NCBI RefSeq assembly: GCF_018977255.1
Contig: NW_024704812.1
Location: 186,001 to 250,000 of the forward strand
DNA length: 64,000 bases
Source: Callorhinchus milii
Taxonomy: Eukaryota
Reading direction: 5' to 3'
In this document: positions 52,801 through 62,782 of the stretch, in pieces
How positions within the stretch are numbered: the first letter of the stretch is position 1
Layout of the letters: each line of letters begins with the position of its first letter
Translations under genes and position numbers: made by a program
Notes under the pieces: model-generated
What the model was told of the DNA's origin: nothing
What the model saw: the letters and a program-made list of their open reading frames with translations, nothing else
The model's database searches: none

Positions 52801-55800
52801 TGTGACCTTAGACGTGTCACTGACAGACACAGTGCGGGTGTCAGACCCTGGCCTGCTGCCCGCACACTTTACATGGTCGAAGGAAGACAACTCCATCACT
52901 GGCTCTGACGACAAGTTCAACATCACCTCAGGACTAACCTTCTCTAAACTGCTCATCAGTAAATTCCAGGCAACCGATCAGGGCACATATCAATGCCGTG
53001 TCACTAACGCAATGGGAGAGAACTCTTCCAATTTGACGTGACTTTGAAAGGCGGAGGTAAGTTATGATATGTTGACACACACACAGACACACACACAGAC
53101 ACACACACTTACACAGTCACAGACACACACAAACTCACAGACAGACATATACACCCCACCGCAGACAACACCCACAGACACACACACACACACACACACG
53201 CAGACACACATAGACACACATACACACACAGATGTGCACCTCTGTTTATCAGCAGTAGGTAGGAACCCGCTGTTAGTCAATTGACGGTTCACTTTCTGGG
53301 GTCATAATCCCTCCAAAAAAAAACAAAGAATCTGGTCAATCAATCCACGACTGTTTGTGGGTCACCGCTGTGCGCAATTGGCTGCTGTGTTCCGCCGACA
53401 AAATACAGTTACGACACTTTACAACGACGTGATAAGGCGCTGTATCAAATGCGAGGATTGATATGATGTTCATGAGGTCTGTGCTGTGGTCTCTATGTTA
53501 CGAGAGTATAATCTAATAGAGAGACAGTGAAGGTGTTTCTCTCCGCAGTGAATGTGGCCCTGATAGTGGGGACAATAGTGGGGGCTGTGGCTGTGGTGGT
53601 CATTGCAACACTCGCTGTGGTGTACGTTTACAGGAAACGTAAGGAAGGTGAGGCCGTATATACACAGGAAAACCTTTCACCTTCATGTTCTGTAGTTTAT
53701 ATACCAGCCCAGACCCCCCTCAGCCACTCACCCTCTCACTGCCCTCTCTCTCTGCCAGTCTCTACCCCTCCGTCTCTCTCTATCTGTCTCTAGCCCCTCC
53801 GTCTCACTCTCCCTCACTATCAGTCTCTCCCCCTTCATCTCTCTCTATCAGTCTCTCCCCCTCCATCTCTCTCTGTCAGTCTCTACCCCTCCGTCTCTCT
53901 CTATAATAATAATAATAATAATCCTTGCATTTGATATAGCGCTTTTCATGTCGGGAGGACGTCCCAAAGCGCTTCACAGAACACACTGTAAAGTGAATTG
54001 ATTGTATATTTGTGGGCGAACGCGGCAGCCAATTGCGCACAGCAATGTCCCACAAACAGTCGTAGATTGGAAATGACCAATTTTTTATTATTGTTTATTT
54101 TTGGGGGGGGGGATTATTATTAGGCGTGTGGAGTAAGGAAACTTGCCCAAGGTTTCGCCCTGACTGGAATTGAACTCAGGTCTCTCGCTTGTAAAGTGAG
54201 TGCTCTAACCACTGAGCTACAGGACTCCACTCTATCTGTCTCTACCCACTCCGTCTCACTCTCTCTCACTCCCAGTCTCTCCCCTTTCATGTCTCTCTAT
54301 CAGTCTCTTCCCTTCTGTCTCACACTCCCTCTATTAGTCTCTATCCACCTCCGTCACAAACTCAATCAGTCTCTACCCTCTCCGTCTCACTCTTCCTCCA
54401 TCAGTCTCTCCCCCTCTATCTCTCTCTCTCTCTCTATCAGTCTCTCCCGCTCCATTTCACCATCTCCTTTCTATCAGCCTCTATCCCCCCTCTCTATCAC
54501 CCTCCATCTCACTCTCTATCAGTCTCTATCCATCCATCTCCACCTCTCTCTTTCAATCGCTCCCTCTTTGTCTTTCTGTCAGGCTTTAACCCTATCTCTC
54601 ACTACCAATCTCTCTCTCTCTCTCTGTCTCTCTATCAGTGCCTCCTCTCCGTTTCTCCCCAAGTTCACCGGTTCAGCAAATGTACAAACTCTTGTATATT
54701 TTCAAGATTTTCTACGATTTCAAGATCCTCTCACTCGTTTTGAAACCCCTTCATGCCCTGGCACCTCCCTACCTCTCTGACCTGCTCACCCCCCACCGCC
54801 CCCACACCGGCCTCCTATTTGTCCCTCGTTCCCTCCATCCCACCATCAGAGGCTGTGCCTTTGAATAAACAAGTTGTTGTTTATTTTCCAGCCAAAACAC
54901 AGCAAGAGACAGAGGGTGAACCACACTACGAGACCATTGATGTCAGAGTAAGTCCTGTGCAGTCCTGTAGCTCAGTGGTTAGAGTCCTCGCCTCTCAAGC
55001 GAGAGGATCCGGTTTTGTTTCCCGGACAGGGCAAAACCTTAGGCAATTGGCTCCCCTTTGATACGACTCAAAGACGTGATAAGGCACTGTATCAAATGCA
55101 ACGATTATTATTGTTATGAAACCACACAGTCACTACTCTTTACCGTGTATCCTGTGAAGCGCTTTGAGATGTTACGAAGACGTGATAAGGCACTGTATGA
55201 AATGCAATGGTTATTATTATTTATTGCTAACGACATTGCTAATGAGTAGCTAAACTGTGTTTGGTTATATTTTAGGCTTCCTCTGCCAATGTCTCCCAGA
55301 AGGATTCAGGCCCTTACATGGTGAGGAAACAAATGGCTGACACGGACAGTGTGTCAGCCCGGCTCAGTCTCTTGCTGTCCCACCTCTGTCCTTTACGACC
55401 CTAAACTGTCCTTCATCCCCTCATCCATACCATGACCTGCTATGCCTTCCCCACCTCCGCCATATTGCCCGGCTCCGCCACTGTCTCTCACCGCAGACCA
55501 ACGAGAACCTCATCCATGTGTTCACCACAAACAGGCTTGACTTTGCCCACTCCCTGCTTGTCGGCCTTCCCAACGTCTCCCTCTACAAACTGCAGATCAT
55601 CCAGAACTAACTCTGCAGCTCCCCATACCCCCTAACAACCTGTCCGCTCTCTCTGCTCAGCGGGCTCCGGCCTGCTTCACATCCCCCGCCTCACCTGCCC
55701 CACCATCGGTTGGGCCTTCAGTTACTCTGCCCCACCCTCTGGAACTCCATCCCACAGTCCCTCCATCCCACCCCATCACTCCCTCACCTCCTTCAAGGCC

Positions 55801-56055
55801 TGTCACAAGACTTTCCTCTCAACCTGGTCACCTTCCTAACCCTACTCGCCACCATCCACCCCGTCCTGATCCCAACCCACAGCTCAGATCCAAATCCCTG
55901 ACTGTCCAGGTCCTTGGGACGTCCTCCTGATGTGAAAGGTTCAGTGTAAAATGTTGTTAGTAATGGTCTGTCCGATCTGCATTGTGTTTCAGGACCTTGG
56001 AAAGCACCAAAAAGATATTTATCACAATTTACGTCGTAATGGCACCAGGAAGTAG
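43789..56055 (+). CDS. Gene D: 11-exon paralog (L-V-A1-A2-B-C-D-TM-ITAM); 1-nt deletion at the end of exon 7
   Basis: all 11 exons with canonical boundaries; ~688 aa if the indel at ~53023 is corrected. Confidence 0.85.
45071..45394 (+). CDS. Gene D IgV exon
   Basis: 324 nt open, Cys-free. Confidence 0.9.
46613..46897 (+). CDS. Gene D A1 Ig exon
   Basis: 285 nt open, ends KPVALTIQ. Confidence 0.9.
47055..47990. repeat. GT/CT-rich compound microsatellite (similar tracts 10340-10800, 29430-30098, 43940-44600, 62945-63840)
   Basis: degenerate (GT)n and GTGTCTCT units. Confidence 0.9.
48850..49134 (+). CDS. Gene D A2 Ig exon
   Basis: 285 nt open. Confidence 0.9.
51338..51628 (+). CDS. Gene D B-type Ig exon
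   Basis: 291 nt; translation identical to gene A exon 5. Confidence 0.9.
52162..52401 (+). CDS. Gene D VSIG10-like Ig exon
   Basis: 240 nt open. Confidence 0.9.
52743..53056 (+). CDS. Gene D membrane-proximal Ig exon, 1-nt deletion giving TGA at 53039-53041
   Basis: 314 nt versus 315. Confidence 0.8.
53549..53647 (+). CDS. Gene D transmembrane exon
   Basis: 99 nt. Confidence 0.9.
53905..54229 (-). mobile_element. Full-length tRNA-derived SINE with (ATT)n tail and 6-bp TSD; gene D only
   Basis: GGAGTCCTGTAGCTCAGTGG A-box head, GAGTTCAATTCC B-box, CTCTAT duplicated at 53899-53904 and 54230-54235. Confidence 0.9.
54892..54947 (+). CDS. Gene D cytoplasmic exon 1 ([10 protein letters not shown])
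   Basis: 56 nt. Confidence 0.8.
55276..55320 (+). CDS. Gene D cytoplasmic exon 2 (..DSGPYM)
   Basis: 45 nt. Confidence 0.8.
55993..56055 (+). CDS. Gene D last exon (DL..IYHNL..stop)
   Basis: 63 nt including TAG. Confidence 0.8.
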   Translation, partial: DLGKHQKDIYHNLRRNGTRK

Positions 56056-59000
56056 ATAGCTGTGACAACGTAGATCGATTTCAAGATCCTTTCAATCATC
56101 TACAAATCTCTTCAGGCTCTGGCACCTCCCTACCTCTCTCTCCGACCTGCTGACCCCCCAACCCACTACCCACTGCCTCCTCTCGGCTGCCTCCGGCCTC
56201 CTGCGTGTCCCTCGTGCCCTCTGATCCATCATGGGGGGTCGTATTGTCAGACTTTGGAGCTCTCTCCACCGATCCTCCGCCTTTCCCCCTTTCCTCCCCT
56301 CTCCTATCCTTCCCCCTCTTTTAGATCAAGACTGAAAATCTTTCTCTTTGACCATGCTCACGGTCACCTTCTGCCTGTCTCTCCCCTCCAACTGGCTCTG
56401 CGTCAGGCTCCACCACTCCGAGACGCTACCCTCATAAAGGGCGCTGTGTAAATACAAGTTGTTGTTGTTGTGACTTATCGGCTCACTGAGAAGTTAATGT
56501 TATTTACCAGGAGTTCAGTATTCAGGGTGAAACGTAGNNNNNNNNNNNNNNNNNNNNNNNNNNNNNNNNNNNNNNNNNNNNNNNNNNNNNNNNNNNNNNN
56601 NNNNNNNNNNNNNNNNNNNNNNNNNNNNNNNNNNNNNNNNNNNNNNNNNNNNNNNNNNNNNNNNNNNACACGCGTTTGCCTCTGTTTACCAAGCAGTAAG
56701 TAGGACCTCGCTTGTTAGTCAGCAGCCAATTAATTGCACGTGCACAGAGGTGCCCCACAAACAGTTGCGGATTGAAGTGACCAATTTGTCTTTTTTGCAA
56801 GAATTACTATTATTACTATTATTATTAGTGAGAGACCTGAGTTCGATTCCTGGCCGGGCGAGGCCTTGGACAAGTTTCCTTACTCCACACCCTGATAATA
56901 ATCCCTCAAAAAAAACAATAATAAATTGGTCATTCCAATCCACGACTGTTTGTGGGACACTGCTGTGCGTAATTGGCCTCCGCATTTCGCCCACAAATTT
57001 ATGCAGTCAATTCACTATTCTGTGAAGCGCTTTGAGACGTCCAGAAGATGTAAGGATTATTATTATTATTATTATTATTACCATTATTATCCCAGCCAAC
57101 TGCAGGCAAGGCACAGGAATCTGAGGCCACGAGCCAGCTTTATGAGTGAGCTAATCTTACAATGGCTTTCACTTCCACATGAAATTAGTGCTTCAAACCA
57201 ACTGAAACCTTTGAGCTGTACAGCGATTAACTCCAGACATTCCTAACTCACAGCTCACTGAGCTCCGGGTGGTTAACTGTCAGGGGTTTTATCGTTGGAG
57301 TCCTGCAGCTCAGTGGTTACAGCACTCGCCTCACAAGCGAGAGGACCTTTGTTCGATTCCTGGGCGCGTCGGGGCATAATGTCCTTATTTCACACGCACA
57401 CGCCTCTGTTTACACTGCAGTAAGTAAGAATACGGTTGTTAGTCGACTGGTGGATTACTTTTCTGGGGGTAATAATCCTTACAAAAAATAATATATTGGC
57501 TACTTCGATCCACGACTGTTTGTGGGACACTGCTGTGCGCAATTGACTGCCGCGTTTCGTCCACAAATATACAGTCAATTCACTTCACAGTATATCCTGT
57601 GAAGAGCTCTGAGATCTCGAAGACGTGTTAAGGCGCTATATCAAATGCAAGGATTATTATTATTATTATGGAATCACAGAATCTTACAACACAGGCGGAG
57701 GCCATTCGGCCCATCGTGTCTGTGCCGGTTCTTTGAAAGAGCTGCCCAATCAGTCCCACTCCCCCGCTCCTACCCCGTATCTCTGCATATTTTCCTTTTC
57801 AAGTCCCTGTCCAATTCCCTTTTGAAAGCTACTATGGAATCTGATTTCATAAGCCTTTCCGGCAGTGCGTTCCAGACCATGACAAATCGCTGCGTAAATA
57901 TCCCCTCGTCTCCCCTCTGGTTCTTTTCCCAATTATATTAAATCTATGTTCTCCCGTTACTGACCCACACACCAGTGGAAACAGTTTCTCCCTATTTACT
58001 CTATCAAAACCCCTCATCATTTTGAACACCTATATTAGATCTCCCCTATCCTCCTCTTGCTCTAAGGAGAACAATCTCAGCTTCTCTCGTCTCTCCACAT
58101 TTCTCTCTTGTTATCTTCTTCTGGTAATAAAATTCCTTTGGTTTGACCGCAATAATTCCATCTTGTGTCAGAGGTTAGGAGTGTGGTGGGGTGCACACTA
58201 ACCCTGACAGTCACTACACAGTCACTGAACACACAGTCACTACACTTTACAGTAGCATATCCTGCTAAGCTCTTTGAGCCACTTCAATGACATGATAATT
58301 GGTTGCCATGTTTTGGCTACAAAATACACAGTCACTCCACTCTACAGTCTGTTCTATGAATGAGATGTCACGACGACATGATAAGGCTCGATATCAAATG
58401 CAATGATTATTATGTTCATGTCAGGAGGACGTCCCAAGGCGCTGGACAGTCAGAGGTTTATACCCAGGATGGGGGTTGGGATCAGGAAGGGTAGAGGACG
58501 GGGAGGGGGAAGGTAGGATGGTGACCAAAGGTGTGATGGTCGAAGAGGAAGATCTTGAAACTGGCCTTGAAGGAGGCGAGAGAGGGGGTGGAGAGGCTGA
58601 AGGCCCGACAGCCAATTGTGGGGGAGGCGGGTGGGGGATGTGAAGCCGGCCGGAGGCTACTGAGTGGAGAGAGTGGACAGGTTGGTAGGGGGTTAGTTAG
58701 GAGTTCACAGAGGTGGGGGGGAGTGAGGCCATGGAGTGCTTCGAAGGTGAGGACCAGGAGCTTGAACTGTACTCTCTCAGTGATGGGGAGTCAGTGGAGC
58801 CGGGCGAAGATGGGGGTGATGGGGTAACGAAACATGACCCTGAACTCATCCCTAAACAGTCACTGAACACATCACAAAACACACACTAAACTTGTGTCTC
58901 AGTGAGTATCTTGTGGAGTCCCTGTAGCTCAGGGGTTAGAGCGCTCGCCTCGCAAGCGAAAGGATCTGGGTTCGATTCCCAGGTGTGTCAGGGCAAAACC

Positions 59001-59724
59001 TTAAGCAAGTTTCCTTACCCCCCCACACACACACTTTTTACTCACGCCCCTGTTTACCAGCAGTCAGTAGGAACCCGGGGGTTAGTCGATTGGCGGAATG
59101 CGTTTCTGGGGGTAATAATAACTTCAAAAAAATAACAATAATGTGGTCACTCAATCCACAACTGTTTGTGGAGACGTCGCTGTGTGCAATTGGCTGCCAT
59201 GTTTCAGCCTCCAAAACACACAGTCACTCCACTTTACAGCGTATCCTGTGAAGCGCTTTGAGACATTCCGAAGATGTGATAAGGCGCTGTATCAGATGGA
59301 AGGATTATTCAAAATTTTTTGTAACTATTAAGGCACTCAATCCTCTACTGTTTGTGGAACATTGCTTTGCGGAATTAGCTGCTGCGTTTCTCCCACAAAA
59401 CACAGTCACTACATTTCCCAGTGTATCCTGTGAAGCACTTTGAGAAGTCTCGAAAACGTGATAAGGCGCTGTGTCAAACGCAAGGACTATTATTATAATA
59501 ATATTAAAAATAGTGAGGGCGTAAAATGTGTCTTACAGGAAGCAAAACTATTTATCTCATAAATTAACATATTAATTCCTGACAAAGTGAAAGTGCACCG
59601 GGTGCCATTAGAGCCAGTGTCAGGGTCTCTCTACAGTAACAGTAATGATTAACAGCAGACTCTGCCCTGTGTTCAGGTGACAGCCCATATTCAGTTTGTC
59701 TCTGTCTCTCTCCCTAACGTGTAT

Positions 59725-59788
59725 ATGTGGTGGTTTCCAGCCGCGAGGATGTTGGTGGCTGCTCTGCTCATTCTGGTCACTAATTTGG
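59725..59788 (+). CDS. Gene E exon 1, signal peptide
   Basis: 64 nt. Confidence 0.8.
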
Positions 59789-62782
59789 GTGAGTTACTGG
59801 TAACAACATAAGCAAAGGTCCATCTCGTTCATCTCCCACCATCCTGGCAGTCGCTAGACATGTCGTGTCACAAACTATATACTGTGTATGTGTGTCTCTC
59901 TGTCTGTGTCTACTTCTGTGTGTCTGTGTGTGTGTCTATATACTGTATCCTGAGATATTATTTTCTTGCAGAAATCTATCCAATTTGATCTTGAAATAAA
60001 TGACATTTTCTGCTTCCGCCGTCTGTCTCCTTCGGGATCCTGTTTCCCACTCTCTCACTGAGGTCGTGTTTCCACAGAATTGTTCTGAATTGTGGAGTCC
60101 TGTAGCTCAGTGGTTGGAGCACTCGCCTCGCAAGTGAGAGTCCTGGGTTTGATTCCCGGGCGGCACAGGGCGAGAGGTTGGGCAAGTTTCCTTACTCCAC
60201 ACACACGCGCCTCTATTTACCGAACAATAAGTACGAACCACTTGTTGGTCGGTTGGCGGATCGCTTCTCTGGGGATAATAATTCGGTCAAAATAAAAAAA
60301 ATCCACGGCTCTGTGGGTCGCTGTTGTGTGCAATTGGCTGCCAAGTTTCACCCACAAAATATACAATAATTCACTTTACAGTACATCGTGTGAAGCGCTG
60401 TCAGACGTCTCAAAGACGTGATAAGGCACTGTATCAAATGCAAGGACTATTAATATAATATTAATAATTATTCATTTATACAGTGTGCACTGTAGTGCCC
60501 ACGAACAGTCATTGTTTGAGTCATCAATTTATTACTTTTTTGAAGGAATTGTTATCCCGAAAAAGCCTCTAATCGGTTAACAACCGGGTTCCTACTTACT
60601 GCGAAGCAAACAGAGGTGTGTGTGTGAAGTAAGGAAACTGCCCAACATTTCGCCCTTCCGCCCGGGGATCAAACCCGGGTCCTCTCGTTTGTGAGGCGAG
60701 TGCTCGAACCATTGAGCTACAGGATTATTATTAATAGTATTATTACACTGTGAGATTTGGTGATTGACTGTTGTGTGTGTTATGTATTACAGAGCAGGTG
60801 GGAGCTTTCAGTCTGACCGTCACTGAGAGTCAGATAGAAGCCACAGCCGGACAATCTGTGTACTTCCTGGTAATGCCCAGTGAACAGGGAAGTTTTAGCA
60901 TATCATGGAAAGTCAACACCAGCTCCACAATCGCAGCAGCACAGGGAACATCAGTGAAGTACTATGGAGACTACCAGGGTCGGGCTGAGCTTTACCCCAA
61001 CAATGCCACTCTACGTCTGGACACAGTGACTCCGACTGATTCCGGTTCGTACTCAGTGACTGTGATTGAGTTAAACCACGGATCAGCCACAGCGGCTTTA
61101 CAACTGCGTGTTCACAGTGAGTAAACAACAACAACAACTTGCATTTACACCGCACCCCTCACGTGGGGTAGCGTCCGGGAGCGCTTGATAGGGGAAGAAT
61201 CTGACCCCGAGCCGCTGGGAGAGGGAGGGGGGAGGTGACGGTAAACACAATCAAAAAGGAAGGATATTAGGTGGGATTTGAAGGTGGGGAACGAGAGGGT
61301 GAGACGGAGGGATTGACAGGGAGAGAGTGACAGAGTTTCAGGGCGTAGCAGCTGAAAATACAGCCACCAATGATGGAGCGGAGGGGCCGAGGGACAAACA
61401 GGAGGGTGTGATGGGGGCACAGAGTTTAGTGTGTGTGAGATAGGGAGCCCTGTGGAGTCCTGAAGGGTATTAGTTAGAGCAGGATGGTCAACTGGTGGCC
61501 TGTGGGCCACATCCGGCCCCCCGGACCGATTTCATTTTATTCATTCAGCTCAGTGTGGTCCAACAGGCGGTACGTGGGCTGTCAGCTGCCCGGAGGTGAT
61601 TTTGTGCAGCCGGCGACCATTTGCAATGTTTCAACTTCCCCAACCCCCCTCCCTCCCTCCCTCCCTGGTAAATGTCCTCACAGGGCAGTGGCAGGAGGCG
61701 GCGTTTGTGAGAATCCAGCGAGCAGAGCCCTTACTGCAGTCTGTCAGGAAGGTAAATGAGTCTCTTACCAACTGTGTCCTTGGGCTCCTGCCACTGCAGA
61801 TTGGGAGAGAGTGATTGGGAGAGAGAGAGGGGAGAGAGAGGGGGGAGGAGAGAGGGAGGCATGAAAGATAAGGGGGAGAGAGGGGTAAAGAGAAGGGGGA
61901 GAGAGTTGGAAAGAAAAGGCAAGAGACAGTGAGAGGGGGAGAGGGAGAGGGGATGAGAGAGTGGGGTGGGAGAGTGAGTGGGGGGGAGAGAGGAGGAGAG
62001 AGAGGAGCAGGATCACACTTGCTCTGCCTTCCTGATAGGCTGCAGTAAAGGCTCTGGTCGTTGGGTCTTCCCAACCATCAGCTCCTGCCGTTGCCCAGGG
62101 AGGGAGGGAGGGAGGGAGTGGAAATGGCCTCAGGTTGGATGTGGCTCGTGGATCTTTGACAAATAGGGGAATCCGGCCCACGGCAGCCACCCTGCTTCAG
62201 AGCATCGGTGAGAGCAGGGTGGGCCAACTGGTGGCCCATGTGCCGCATCCGGCCCCCGGGCCATTCAATTTCATTCATTCAGCCAATAAACCTGGACTGT
62301 GAGCTCCAAGAGTGGGGCTTTAAACCGTAACATTGTGCTACCAAATGAGCCAGACTGAGACCTGAATAAACAGTGAATCATAACAAACAGCGTCAGAAAT
62401 AAAGTGTAGGGTTCAGCAAAGTGACTCTGAACAGGTTTGTGTCAGTGAATTGAATCTGAACAAGTTTCTGAATGAAATGAAACGCGTTATCTTACAGCTC
62501 TGCTGTCCAATGTGAGCATCAGCCTGAGTCCAGACAAGGAGATATTTATCGAGAACGAAGACACAGTGACACTGAGGTGTACAGCGATGGGATCGTTCCC
62601 CACCTATTCCTGGGCACTGGATGGACACCCGTTACCTGTAACCCCACGTTACACACTGTCTGCAGATAATAGCACTCTGACAATCAGCCCCGTACACAGG
62701 AGCGACAGTGGAGGGTTTATCTGTACGGCCAGTAACCTGGTGGGCAGTGACAGCAGCAAACCAGTGGCCCTAACCATACAAG
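59725..62782 (+). CDS. Gene E, 5' part (leader, IgV, A1); continues beyond the window
   Basis: three intact exons; the following intron matches gene D intron 3 up to the window edge. Confidence 0.85.
60793..61116 (+). CDS. Gene E IgV exon
   Basis: 324 nt open; ..[21 protein letters not shown]. Confidence 0.9.
62214..62260 (+). mobile_element. hAT/Charlie-like DNA transposon terminus (also 61478, 46327, 30919; minus at 11872-11920, 27472-27520)
   Basis: CAGGGTGGGCCAACTGGTGGCCC..GGGCCGCATCCGGCCC resembles hAT MITE ends. Confidence 0.55.
62498..62782 (+). CDS. Gene E A1 Ig exon
   Basis: 285 nt open. Confidence 0.9.

Noticed and set aside
54958-55040. tRNA-like sequences (GTAGCTCAGTGGTTAGAG..GGTTCGATTCC) throughout the window
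   Set aside because: They continue into a shared SINE body and tail and lack a convincing cloverleaf; SINE heads, not tRNA genes
61113-61140. CACAGTG at the 3' end of every V exon followed by an A/C-rich stretch, resembling a V(D)J recombination signal
   Set aside because: The heptamer is simply CAC A|GTGAGT (His codon plus splice donor); the nonamer-like ACAACAACT is an L2 (AAC)n tail at the wrong spacing and is absent in B and D; no D/J segments, and the V lacks the Ig/TCR cysteines
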